This document shows, in pieces, positions 39,278 through 52,080 of a DNA stretch of 64,000 nt. Position 1 is the first letter of the stretch, and each line of letters opens with the position of its first letter. The stretch lies in the NCBI GenBank assembly GCA_951406725.2, contig OX597821.1, positions 14,136,001-14,200,000 on the forward strand. Direction: 5' to 3'. The stretch is from Octopus vulgaris (taxonomy: Eukaryota). The notes beneath the pieces were generated by a model, which was not told the DNA's origin, made no database searches, and was given only the letters and a program-made list of their open reading frames with translations. The position numbers were made by a program, and so were the translations under genes.

Positions 39278-40241
39278 TGCAGGGTACTGTGAGACATGAC
39301 ACAGACAGCTACAATGAAGACTACAAGCAATGCTTTGGCCAGCAGGAAGGGACAAAAATTCATGCCAGAATTCATTCACACATTTTTGAACAGGGACTTA
39401 GACTCAAGTCAGATAGCTATGTGGAGCTGCTGGAAGGCCATATGTGTAGCACCAGGATTTGACCTCTAGCTATACCACAGTAAAGTGTCAGAAGTGGTTT
39501 TTGGAGAATCTGTATGGCTTCACCAGCCTCAGTTCTCTTGCTTGTAATCCCATGGATTATTATATTTGGGGTATAGTTGGGAAATACACCAACCACTCTG
39601 CCTGCAAGACCAAGGCCAAATTGGTGGCCCAGAGCAAGGAGGTGTTTGAAGATCTTTCCACAGACAGTGAGGAATACATATGCCAGGCTCTGGAGCCATC
39701 TTGAGGCATGGTGGAATCTGAAGATAGCTACTTGAGTAAGCCGTTATCTCCAACTATAACCTAGTTGATATTTTCATCTTTTATCTTTTATTTGTTTCAG
39801 TCATTTGACTGCAGCCATGCTGGAGCACCACCTCTAGTTGAGCAAGTCAACCCCAAGACTTATTCTTCATAAGCCTAGTACTTATTCTATCAATCTCTCT
39901 TGCTGAACCGCTAAGTGACGGGGACATAACCACAGCAGCATCGGTTGTCAAGCGATGTTGGGGGGAGAGACAGACACACAAACATATACATATATATATA
40001 TATATATATGCATACATGACAACTTCTTTCAGTTTCTGTCTACCAAATTCACTCACAAAGCTTTGGTCGGCCTGAGGCTATAGTAGAAGACACTTGCCCA
40101 AGGTGCCATGCAGTGGGACTGAACCCGAAACCATGTGGTTGGTAAGCAAGCTACTTGCCACACAGCTACTTTTTTGGGGGATGTGATATTGTGTTTGATT
40201 TTACTTTTATACAAACTGTTTAATTTAGTCTGAACACTATG
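39278..40241 (+). mobile_element. Decayed, internally deleted Tc1/mariner (mariner/maT-like) transposon
   Basis: Remnants [19 protein letters not shown] and QKWFLENLYGF..ACNPMDYYIWGIV..TKAKLVAQSKEVFEDL (SPDxNPxD-type motif); interrupted by SINE A; termini weak. Confidence 0.75.
39775..40169 (-). mobile_element. SINE family A inside the transposon relic
   Basis: Full-length match. Confidence 0.9.
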
Positions 40242-40544
40242 TGTGTGTGTGTATTATATATATATTTGCATGTGTATATGCATGCTTGTATGTAGGTATG
40301 TATTTGACAAGGTCTGCCTTGTCTAATACATACTTACAAACATACATACCAGAGTTCCTTGAGGGTACAAACTTTTAAGAAACTGTGTTGCAGAGTTGAT
40401 GGAAAACCAGGAAGGATGAAAGGGACTGGTCAATAGGATCCAAGTGCACTTGACAGGATATATACGTGTGAACACTCACATAGATTTGTGTGCACGCTTA
40501 CACACATAAATAAATATATTACAAAAATAGAACCACATTCATAT

Positions 40545-40951
40545 CTCTTTTACTCTTTTACTTGTTACAGTCATTTGACTGCGGCCATGCTGGAGCATCG
40601 CCTTTAGTCGAGCAAATTGACCCCAGGATTTCTTCTTTGTAAACCCAGTACTTATTCCATCGGTCTCTTTTGCTGAACCGCTAAGTTACGTGGACGTAAA
40701 CACACCAGCATCAGTTGTCAAGCGATGTTGGGGGGACAAACACAGACACACAAACACACACACACAAACATATATATATACATATATACGACGAGATTCT
40801 TTCAGTTTCCGTCTACCAAATCCACTCACAAAGCTTTGGTCGGCCCGAGGCTATAGAAGAAGACACTTGCCCAAGGTGCCATGCAGTGAGACTGAACCCA
40901 GAACCATGTGGTTTGTAAGCAAGCTACTTACGACACAGCCACTCCTATGTC
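40545..40951 (-). mobile_element. SINE family A
   Basis: Full-length match. Confidence 0.92.
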
Positions 40952-41139
40952 TATGATACTCAAAAATGAAGTGCCATGCACAGGTACAAAACACTTATGT
41001 ATGTGTATATGTATGTCAAGAATGAGAAATGAGTGCTCAATATGTGTTGTAGAGGATATTCTTATTATTGAAACTGAAGCTAAGAGTTTCTCTTGAGGCA
41101 TATGAATGGCAGATTGCAGTGGTATATGAAACTTGAGTT

Positions 41140-41710
41140 CCATAGTCTGTTTTGGTTTGGTTTCTACAGCTGGATGCCTTTCCTAATGCCAACTACTTTA
41201 CAGAGTGTACTGCGTGCTTTTTACATGGCACCATCATCAGTGCTTTTTATGTGACACCAATACCACTGCTTTGTATGTGACACTAATATCAGTACATTTT
41301 ACATGACACCATCACTAGTGATTTTTACATGATACCAGCACCAGTGCTTTTTATGTAACACCAGCGCCAGTGCTTTTTAGATGGCACCTGCACCGGCACT
41401 TTCATGCGGCATCAGCTCCAGTACCAGAACTTTTAATATGATACTTTGTTTTTAGGATATCAATTCTGCTGTCGTAGGTGAATCTTATTGAGTACCGGCA
41501 ATGTGCCACGTATGATGGTCCTTTGTCATCTTCTTCATGAGGCTCAATATTTTGAGATCATCCTTCAATAGTTTGTTCCATATCTTCTTGGGTTTCCCTC
41601 TTCTGCAACTTCTTTCCACTTAAAGTGATCAACATTTGCTTATACAACTGCCCTCATCCGTCTGCATCACATGACCAAACCAGTGAAATCTCCTCTCTTG
41701 CACACTGCAT
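41140..41710 (-). mobile_element. RTE LINE 3' end (ORF C-terminus plus 3' UTR with ~21-bp tandem repeats)
   Basis: Minus translation VQERRFHWFGHVMQTDEGSCISKC*SL*VERSCRRGKPKKIWNKLLKDDL; UTR repeats 41220-41420; family D motif at the end. Confidence 0.8.
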
Positions 41711-41717
41711 GTAATTC

Positions 41718-41968
41718 CTGTCATGCCTGGCATGTAAAAAGCACCAACCTATCGTGGTCATTGCCAGCCCCCCCTGGCACCTGTGCCGGTGGCACGTAAA
41801 AAGTACCCATTACACTCACAGAGTGGTTGGAGTTAGGAAGGGCATCCAGCTGTAGTGACACTGCAAGATCAGACTGGAGCCTGGTGCAGCCTCCTGGCTT
41901 CCCAGACTCCGGTTGAACCACCCAACCCATGCTAGCATGGAAAACGGATGTTAAATGATGATGATGAT
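41718..41968 (+). mobile_element. RTE-tail element (family D), young
   Basis: ggaagggcatccagc motif, tail ggatgttaaatgatgatgat. Confidence 0.85.
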
Positions 41969-42399
41969 ACACTAGTGCTTTGTTGCAAATGTACACTGAC
42001 ATTGCACATTCAATGGAGAATACCAGCTTTGTTCCTCTCTAGTCTTTACATATCTTTGCATTCAGGGCCCATGTCTCTCTGTCATGTAGCATTGCAGTTC
42101 ACATATATGCATCATACAATCTTCCTTTCACCCAGACAAAAGGTGGGGGCCTTCGGTTGCCAAGTTTGCAGTGATTTCAAAATTTCATGATGACACGGAT
42201 ACAGTAGACTAAAAATTTTGGTGTTTTGTGCTGTGAGTATGGTTTACTCATAGTGTAATTTTGGGTGTGTAAAAATTATTTTAATGTATTTTTTTGATTA
42301 GATGAAGAAAGAAATGTTGATTATATCAAATTGGAGCTAAAAGGTATTGATGAATATGTGCAGATATATCTATATATATATATATATATCAAAGGGTAA

Positions 42400-42645
42400 A
42401 ATGTCCTTCCTGAGCCATTGGCTCATAAGGCCAGTTTCTTGGATTCTGTGGTGTATATATTTCCCATCTTGATAGTATGTTGGTCTATCACAGATTTAAT
42501 CATTTTTGCCAGCTGAGTGGACTGGAACAACATGAAATGAAGTAATATTTGCTCAAGAACAGAATGCATCATCTGGCCCAGGAATTAAAACCCCAATTTT
42601 ACTATCATTAGTGCAACACTCTAACCATGAAGCCACCCACCTCCA
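42400..42645 (-). mobile_element. Diverged SINE related to 52694-52935
   Basis: ttttgccagctgagtggactggaacaac...tgctcaagaaca matches in reverse. Confidence 0.7.
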
Positions 42646-42832
42646 CATATGTGTGTGTATATATATATATACATAAGGCTAAAGATGGGAATGATGATTT
42701 CCCCTCGCAAATACTAATTGAACACAGACAGTGTGTCATTAACTAGCTGGAGTAAATGTTCTCCTAGAGCTAAAAGCAACAGTAGCATCATCCCCTATGG
42801 GACCACCACATCTAGTTGGCAATTATATTTTA

Positions 42833-42867
<35 letters not shown>

Positions 42868-44589
42868 AGAGTAAACACATAAATGTGAAACAAAGTGGAA
42901 AAAAGAGTACTCAAATACCTGTGGTCGAGTAATATGCTTTAAATAAAGTATATATATATATATATATACACATACACACACAAACATGCATACACATATT
43001 AAATTACCGGTCAGTTTAGAGTGTTTTGTTTCATTGTGACAATGTTATACAAAAGGTGATCAATAATTATCTTTGCCAACATTGTGCATTACAAGTGTTT
43101 ATAATATTTTGGTTAAACCAACACCCAGTGCTGGTAAAAGAAAAAACACACCCACCCATGTTTTATAGTTTTTATAAGTATGTATGTGTGTGTGTATATA
43201 CACATGTATATACATAGGAATTTCAATACTGTGACCTGAAATTTATGCTACTTTTTGAAAAATTTACTAAAATGATCCGAATAATTGTATTTTTTTTGTC
43301 TTCTTTCAGCTAATAATTATGCTTCAACTCTCTGAAATTATTGAAGGAGAAATTCAACACACTTCCAGGATTCTTACTTTTAGAGCAATCATTAGTAACG
43401 ATTAGAGGAATGAACTGTGATGCTTATTTGTTCCTTAGAAAACAAGTTGTATCACAAAAATGAAATTGATGCTTGTTTATGTCAGACCATAAATAACATG
43501 ACAAAACTAAGATTTTTTGTTGAAGTTGCTTGTATTCGATCTTAAGTTTATCTTCAATGGCTCATTGGAAACTCTAGAAAGTAGGTTGACAAACTGCTTT
43601 CTAAATGTTACTTTTATTTATTCATTCATTCATTTATTTATTTATTTATTTATTTTATCTTATTTAAGTGAATGCGTTCATGCATTCATTAAAAATCATT
43701 AAAGTAGAACTGAAAGAATTTCATGAGGAAATTTTTGCTGGCAATTTTCTAAACATGAGTGAAGATCTTTTAATGTGAAGAATAATGTTATCATGTAAAA
43801 GTTTTGTAAATAAAGGGAAAAACAAAAGAAAGTAAATATATCTTATAAGAAGTTAAGTTGATAAAGATGACAATCAATGAAAAGCTTTATATTTACAAAA
43901 TAGATAAAAGAATTTGTGAAAGAAATTTTCTAAAATAGAATATTTTATATAATTTAATTATACATCTGTCACATGGGATTTTATTGATTATTTTGTTCTA
44001 GTGTTCATTGATATTCAATAATACGTTTTCATTTGGGACCTAAAACAAAAAGTATCTATAGAATAGTTTTCAATATGAGCATGTTATGAGGAAAATGGAT
44101 GAAAATGAAAGAGAAAACAGAATGAATATACATATGAGTATCACAAATATAAAATAAAATTAAATGAAACTTATTCTGCGTGATATTCAGAATGTAACAA
44201 CTATTTTGTTTAACAGATTATCTATATCATTAATAATTAATGAATGCTAAAACTAATGATAATAATACTTAAAAAGAATGCTAGAAAAATTTTTATTAAT
44301 GACTCATCAAGTTATTTTATTTAACAGAAAATATCATTTCTGAATTCAGCAGTGTATAGATTTTGTTTATAAATAAATCTTTAAGTTAAATAAGCTGTAT
44401 TATTGATAGAACTATATTTATGTTAAAAGCTATCTAATTCTATTTTTTTAATGCTAATATATTCAGTCTGTATTTAAAAAGAAATATTTATATAATAAAT
44501 TTGATTTAATTTTCATTCTTGGATTTTAGTCTTTGCATACTTTAATCACTAACTTTTTTTATTTGTTTCACTCAGAACTGTACTGATAC

Positions 44590-44750
44590 TGTTGCTTCAT
44601 CTTCAAGGGTATAATTGATAATATTGAATGTAGTACTTGCAGAATATCAATATTATTAACTTTAGTAAAGTAAAAGATCAAGTCAATCTGAATGGTGTTT
44701 GTGCTCAGAATGTGAACAGACATAACCAAATACCACAAGGTATTTCGTCC
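44590..44750 (-). mobile_element. Highly diverged SINE B
   Basis: tttgtgctcagaatgtgaa...aaataccacaaggtattt pattern. Confidence 0.4.
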
Positions 44751-45043
44751 AATATAATATATTTTATATACACATTACAAGATTGATGAAAACCACAATT
44801 TCCTGTTTAATATATATTCCTTAAAAAATTTATATACAAAACAAGTTCTTCTTTTATACAAATAGCAATATTTAATTATAATAAATGAAATACCAACAGG
44901 TTTATACTGTTATACTGTTTTTCAATTTGTTACTATACTATATGTTGTGATATTTTGAAACAAAATTTCTTAGCTGGGAAACTGGGAGAAATGTACACAT
45001 GTATATATATATATATATATAAATGTACATGTACATATATATG

Positions 45044-45111
<68 letters not shown>

Positions 45112-45587
45112 CACACATATATATATATATATGTACACACACATATATATATATACATATATTCATATATGTAAAACATATATATTTGAATTTACTCAAA
45201 TATAGAGAAAAGCTTCTTTTTAATCATACTTTTGGTAAGTGATTCAATCAATACTTGAGTAAAAGAAAATATTAAAACTGAAATGGATTCCTTTATGTAG
45301 TGAAGTTTAGAAACAGAGAAAGAAAGTGAGGGTCATATATAAAAATTTGATAGGTAGATAGGTAGATAAATAGAGAGGAAGAAAGAGAAAGGGAGTAATA
45401 CAGAGAAATATATATATATAGAGAGAGAGAGGGAGAATGAGAGAGCAAGAGAGCAAGAGAGAATTAGAGAGAAAGAGTGAGAGAGTATATAGATATTTTA
45501 GATAAAGTATGAGTGGCATGCTTCAAAGCTGTATATCTACATGTACATACTTATACATATATACATACATATATGCATGTATGTATG

Positions 45588-45683
<96 letters not shown>

Positions 45684-45787
45684 AATATATATACATACAT
45701 ACATGTATGCATATATATGTGTATATATATACATATATATATATATATGTATGTATATATATGCATTTATATATGAATATATATATA

Positions 45788-45826
<39 letters not shown>

Positions 45827-45859
45827 ATCATTGTTTAAAACTTAAGTAAAGATAGTGAT

Positions 45860-46590
45860 GACAGAAACTGAAGGAAGAAAGGCAATTAGTAATGTTAGTA
45901 CATCATCAAAGAAAGGACTATTTTCCTAAATAGAAAGGAACTATTAAGATATGTTGCAAATTGAAAATGTTAAGCAAAAGCGCCATTTTTAAGAACCAGA
46001 CATTATCTAATTAAATACAAGGAATGACTCACAGAAAGTATATTCAAGCATTTTAGAAAAAATATACAAATCAAGTCTAAAAGCATCACCAGCAGAAAAA
46101 ATATAGTTGAGGAAGAGATTCCCAATAAAGAAAGCACAGAAAGTTGTTCCAGTTGAGTATTTAATGAAAAAGGGACTAGAAAATGAGACACAGAAACTGA
46201 CATTAATTTTTTTGTCCAACAAGAAGGAAAAGTGACCAAAGCTTGGTCTTGTTTACAGTAGCATGCAAGAGATCATTAAAGCCACACGTCACGGAGACAT
46301 GATAGAATGCTGGAGATATTGTCACAGAAAGCAGAAAAGGAGTCCAAATAGAGGAGCAGAGGTCATGAAGATTGTTACGTGGTTTCAAGCTGGATAAAAG
46401 ACAATCCAACATTAAGACCACAAACCTTCATGCAAAATTGTCACAATGGTCAGAAAGAAAAAATCACACACCTTTCTTGGCTTTCTTGTAAGGTTTGTAC
46501 AACTTCAGTTTGTATACAGTCAGACATTGAGACACTTGTTGTCCGTACTGTTAAGGGTGAAAGCTACACAAATAAAACATTATGAAGTTA
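45860..46590 (+). mobile_element. Possible decayed Tc1-like transposase
   Basis: Weak remnants YLMKKGL and C-terminal VVRTVKGESYT, reminiscent of the Tc1 C-terminus; heavily frameshifted. Confidence 0.3.
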
Positions 46591-47640
46591 TCAACAAGAA
46601 AGTAAAGCACATTAAGGATAAATGATAGAATATGAACTCCTTAGTTATCCTCCATTGTTGACATCCTTCTGAAAACACTACATTAGGAAATAATTATTTT
46701 TAAAAATTGAACATTTTCAGAGAAATATGTACACTTCCAAAACCATGCTAAGAACACTAAGAGCCTGAAAACAGGAATTTTATATGAGTAATTTTTAATC
46801 TTTCATATTGTCAGTTTGATGAATTGAAGACCATAGGCAAAATATTTTCCATTTTAGAATGATTATCATTTTATTGAAAGAATTATTTATTGTTTTATTT
46901 CTCTATTATTTTCATTTTATTATAACAGTATTAAATTAGTTAAAAATCCTTTGGAGAAAGAATTGTTTTATATGTAGATTTAATAATATATTATTTATTA
47001 ATTTGATAAAATAGTTTTTAAAGAACAATCCTGGTAACTAAAATTCGTTTTATAACAGCACTGAATAAGATTTTTACCAAAGTGAACATGAAGATATTAT
47101 CTTTGCTAATCATTCAGTGCAGTTATGAGTGAATCTTTGAAAATATAAATACTAGCAGAATTTTGAACATATATGTATTCTTATTAGAAAAATATATGTA
47201 TGAGTAAAAGAAAATACATTGTTTAATAAACTAGAAATTGTATTTTTATTACATATAATTAAAACTGTTATCTAGAAGCTTTTTATGTGATAAATTTAAT
47301 TAACTCTTAGAATAATTTAATTTAGAAAATGTTTAGATTATTTGTAAAAGTGCTATGTAATAAATAATTTTGTTGGTACCCTAACAGTGGAAAATGATTA
47401 GAGTTGTATTGATCTTGAATTAGTTTTACTGAAGCATTCACAATGCAGCCCATCAGAAAATAAAATTATTTCAGAGATGAATAAATAAATGTAGTGAAAA
47501 TGTATAGTGTATAGATTTATATATAATTGCTATCTCATGAAAGTTTTACAATGAAAAATTGTGATCAGATGTAATGGATTATGGCAAATGCTCTTAAAAA
47601 GATCTTACTGTTTTGGTGATTCAGTACTAGGCAAAAGCAG

Positions 47641-47672
<32 letters not shown>

Positions 47673-47729
47673 TGTATGTATGTATGTATGTATGTATGTA
47701 TGTATGTATGTATGTATGTATGTATAAAC

Positions 47730-47767
<38 letters not shown>

Positions 47768-48093
47768 GTATATGTATATATATATCCATCAAAGACTAAC
47801 ATTAAAATCTATCCCAGAGAATCAAATTATATGATCAATTTAAAATCTATATAAATATCTGCAAGATCTGTATCAATCAATATTCATTATAAAATGTGAG
47901 AAAATGATATCATAATAGATAGTAAAATAGAAGTTTTCAAATGGTTATATGAAAATGTATCACTGAAAATACGAAAAAATAAATCTTCATAATCATAAAA
48001 TTTTATTTTGACCTAAAAGTAATAATATATAATTACTTTTAATGTACTAAAAGAGAAAGCACACACAAAGAGTAATTTTTGTTTGTATCACTA

Positions 48094-48177
<84 letters not shown>

Positions 48178-48244
48178 TATATATACAAACATATATGAAT
48201 ATGTATGTATATATATATGTGCAATGAAGATCCATTGCAAACAA

Positions 48245-48307
48245 TTTCACCAATCAGTTTCACCCATGAGTTAGGGGAGTACTTACTCAAACTGATGTTA
48301 TCAGAAA
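48245..48307 (-). ncRNA. Decayed type I hammerhead motif
   Basis: ttt-CTGATAA...tgagt/actca...GAAA-CTGATTGG-TG-aaa; core changes at G8 and H17; between microsatellites. Confidence 0.35.
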
Positions 48308-48357
48308 GGCCGATTTACAGATTCTTAGATGCTGATGAATATGTATGTATGTATGTA

Positions 48358-48390
<33 letters not shown>

Positions 48391-48745
48391 GTACAAACAT
48401 ACATATACTTACATACACACACACACATGCACACACACATATATTACATATACTCTCGAGTTCCATCACAGCCAGGTCAGTACTACTGAGAAAGTATGGA
48501 ACTATTTGTATGCTTTTAAATATGAAATACAATATAGATATTAGATATTCGATATATTAGATATATTATATATTAATGAAATTATATATATAGTTTAGGT
48601 TTTCAGTATCTTTTATTTATATTTAGTTGAATGTTAGCCTTTTCAGTAAAAATTGATTAGGAGTTCCTATACTAAACTCCTCCAGAAACTGGAGTATCAA
48701 CATAAAGCTTTATATTCAATGATTGAGGTGAATATGTTTCTTTAT

Positions 48746-48993
48746 CCCTTTAGCTCTTTTCTTTTACTCTCTTTTACTTGTTTCAGTAATTTGACTGTGG
48801 CCATACTGGAGCACCGTCTTTAGTCGAGCAAATCGATCCCAGGACTTATTCTTTGTAAGCCCAGTACTTATTCTATCAGTCTCTTTTGCCGAACTGCTAA
48901 GTTACAGGTACGTAAACACAGCAGCATCGGTTGTCAAGCGATGTTGGGGGGACAAACACAGGCACACAAACATATACACATACATATATATAT

Positions 48994-49052
<59 letters not shown>

Positions 49053-49415
49053 TACGATGGACTTCTTTCAGTTTCCATCAGCCAAATCCACTCACAATGC
49101 TTTGGTTGTCCCGAGGCTATAGAAGAAGACACTTGCCCAAGATGCCATGCAGTGGGACTGAACCCGGAACCATGTAGTTCATAAGCAAGCTACTTACCAC
49201 ACAGCCACTCTTCTTAACCAAATGTAATTCTTATACATTGTTTTGAATTAATCACATACCTTTTGAATTAATCACATACCTTTTGAATTAATCTTGTACC
49301 TTCAAGATTTCAATGAAGTGTTTGTATAATTTTAAGGTAGGTATGAGAAGATGGATCCGGTCAGTTTTAACATAAAATATTTAGGCCAGATATGGCCGGA
49401 TTAAATACTAAACGG
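48746..49415. mobile_element. piggyBac-type MITE interrupted by SINE A
   Basis: ccctttagc start, actaaacgg-ttaa end; body matches 61380-61600; internal 20-bp repeat (about three copies) at 49241-49300. Confidence 0.7.
48755..49211 (-). mobile_element. SINE family A
   Basis: Full-length match. Confidence 0.92.
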
Positions 49416-49429
49416 TTAAATATTGTGAA

Positions 49430-50460
49430 AAAGGGAATGGAAAATGACACCAGGAAAAGTTAAGCATTCTAGATATTGCCCAATATTATTTTCCTCAAGC
49501 AAATAAACTTTCATCATTATATGAACCTTTAAAAGGTATATAACAGCAAGAATTGCTCTTCTACAAAATCAATATGTTATATAAAGACTAGAGATATGGT
49601 TTTTAAAAAATGGAGGAAGAATTTAAAAAATTTCTGGAGTTATAGCAAACTTAGTGTATAGTTATATGCAAATACCGTTGAACTAATTCTGAATATTTGC
49701 TAAAAAAGTCTGCCGATATAAGAATGAAAAACAAAAGGGACTGAAATTTTGTAAAAATGATAAAAGATTTTGAAAGAGAAGGGTAAAAGAGAAAAGGAAA
49801 TTTCAAATAGTTGGAAAGCTATTTCAGAGCAAAGAGTTTTGATTTGTTAGATATTTCTTTCAATCTATTGTTCTTTTAATGATAGATAATGTTGAAAGAA
49901 TGTATAAATAAGGGTTTTATTGATTTTTCAGAAATCCTTTCGATGGTTTATAGCAAAGAGTACTATTTTCAACAACTATTGAATGAAGATGTTTTAGAAA
50001 TTGTTTTACTTTTAATGTACTGAAGTTTGATATTCTGTAGTTAAAAGATAAATCTATTCCAATAATAAAAAAATATATTCAAACTAAAATAATGAATTTT
50101 TTGATTAAAATTATTGGCCACAGATCTTTAGTGAATCTCAAGACAGTGAACAAGTTGTTGCTTATAATTTTTATGCTGGTTGATTAAATAGTAAATTATT
50201 TTACCTCATGTTTGGAATAGAGAATTTGTTAATATGAAAAAGCAAAAGATTAAAAATGATGAAAGAAAATATAATCAATGTTAGTTACTAAGATTAAAAA
50301 AGTTAATTGATAACAGATAGGCGAGATTGAACTCATTATTTTGTCCCAGAAGTAAAACCTTGTTTTAACAGTGAAACATTGAGTATCAAAAAGAGCTTGG
50401 CTCATAAAATTAAACAAATTTAATAGGGAAGATATTAGGTAAGATTTCTATAAATATTCT
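49430..50460 (+). mobile_element. Possible ancient LINE RT relic
   Basis: A-rich; FIDF.KSFD-like and NYWP.SLVN-like fragments, but in unexpected order. Confidence 0.25.
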
Positions 50461-50481
50461 TATTTTAGGATAAATATACTT

Positions 50482-50780
50482 TCCTATATTTAAGAAATGA
50501 GGAATTATGTACATTATTTACATTATTTTCATTTGACGGATATTTGTCTTCATCTTGTTTGTTGTTAACACAACATTTTGACTGATATATCCTCCAGCCT
50601 TCATCAGGTATCTTGGAGAAATTTTGAACCCGGGTTCTCATTCCTAAATTATTTTTCAATGTTGTTGTTATTATTATTGTTATTATTCTTTAGGTCACTG
50701 CCTGGAATTGAACTTGGAATCTTGGGGTTAGTAGCCCATGCTCTTAACTACTATACCATATGCCCATGGGCATAATGGTG

Positions 50781-50835
<55 letters not shown>

Positions 50836-50997
50836 TAATAATAATAATAATAACAACATCGAAAAATACCTTAGGAATGAGAACCCAGGTTTGAAATTTC
50901 CCCAAGACACCTGATGAAGGCTGGAGGGTATATCAGCCGAAACGTTGTGTTAACAACAAACAAGATGAGGACAAATATCCGTCAAATGTAAATAATG
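50482..50997 (-). mobile_element. Composite tRNA-head/(AAT)n/hammerhead-tail element, copy 2, with inverted second tail
   Basis: 11-bp direct repeat taaatatactt (50471-50481, 50998-51008); minus tail 50482-50660, head 50692-50765, palindromic junction tatgcccatgggcata, plus-strand tail 50858-50997. Confidence 0.85.
50906..50951 (+). ncRNA. Minimal type I hammerhead ribozyme (Penelope-type)
   Basis: GACAC-CTGATGA-A-GGCTG-gagggtatat-CAGCC-GAAA-CG-TT-GTGTT; stem I GACAC/GTGTT, stem II 5 bp, palindromic AACGTT stem III. Confidence 0.75.
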
Positions 50998-51280
50998 TAA
51001 ATATACTTAGTTTGGTTATATTTGATATTTGAAGAAGTTTCTATATATCCAAATCAGAATATGAATCTAAGAGAATTATATAACTGAGGAAAGTTCGTAC
51101 ATTAGAAATATATAGTAAATGATTTCTACTGAACTATGAGACAAACTAGCTTAGATAACTGGAGTCAATATATTCAGTCATTAAATATATAAGAATCAAA
51201 AGTGTTCAAAATATACATCAGCAGAAATAAAATATGTTATGTAATAACTTGTGTATATATATATATATAATTATATCTTT

Positions 51281-51327
<47 letters not shown>

Positions 51328-51337
<10 letters not shown>

Positions 51338-51569
51338 TAATTAAGGGTTAAGCAACAAGTTGCTTCACCACATACCGAAAATTTAGAAACAGCGACCAAA
51401 GACAGCTCATTCCTTTTACTACAGATATTACTCCACAGATAACATTATTTGTAACTCTGTGGAATAATATCTGCAGTAAAAAGGAATGAGCTGTCTTTGG
51501 CTGCTATTTCTAAATTTTCGGTATGTGGTGAAGCAACTTGTTGCTTAACCCTTAATTATATTTATATAT
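51328..51569. repeat. Near-perfect foldback (arms ~110 bp, spacer ~16 bp) at a (TA)n tract
   Basis: taattaagggttaagcaacaagttgcttcacc... versus ...ggtgaagcaacttgttgcttaacccttaatta. Confidence 0.9.
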
Positions 51570-51706
51570 AAAAAAAACTTTTTGTAAAAGTTTCTACCGA
51601 TAATGTTTTTTTTTTCCATACCGAAACTACTAGGTAAAATTTATTAATTACTAAATTAATAATTCTTTACCCTATATCTGTAATATATATATGTATATAT
51701 ATATAC

Positions 51707-51765
<59 letters not shown>

Positions 51766-51832
51766 AATACGTAAGTCATCTAAAAGTTCATAGGTCAGGA
51801 AAAAGCTGCACTCATATATCTCTTAAGTGGGT

Positions 51833-52080
51833 ATATTATCTGAAGTGTACAATATCATATATCCATCGTGGTTGATCTTACTAATCGGTTTTGCACTAAG
51901 GATACATCAGATTGTTAGGTAACAATTCAATTATATAACCCTACACTCATCAGAAGTAGCTGATATGGAATGAAATATGGTAGACGTATTGTTACCTAAC
52001 ACTCTATTGTACTCCTAGTGTGAAACCGATTGGTAAGATTAATAATGGATATATAATACTGCATACTTTGGATAGAATAT
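51833..52080. repeat. Imperfect inverted repeat (~93-bp arms) carrying hammerhead half-motifs
   Basis: Arms 51833-51926 and 51988-52080; GAAACCGATTGGTA in the right arm; CTGATGA on the minus strand at 51947-51953. Confidence 0.7.

Noticed and set aside
37198-40951. Minus-strand bias of SINE A copies
   Set aside because: Too few copies, and some are not independent
41220-41420. CRISPR-like repeat spacing
   Set aside because: Degenerate tandem repeats without unique spacers in a LINE UTR; eukaryotic context
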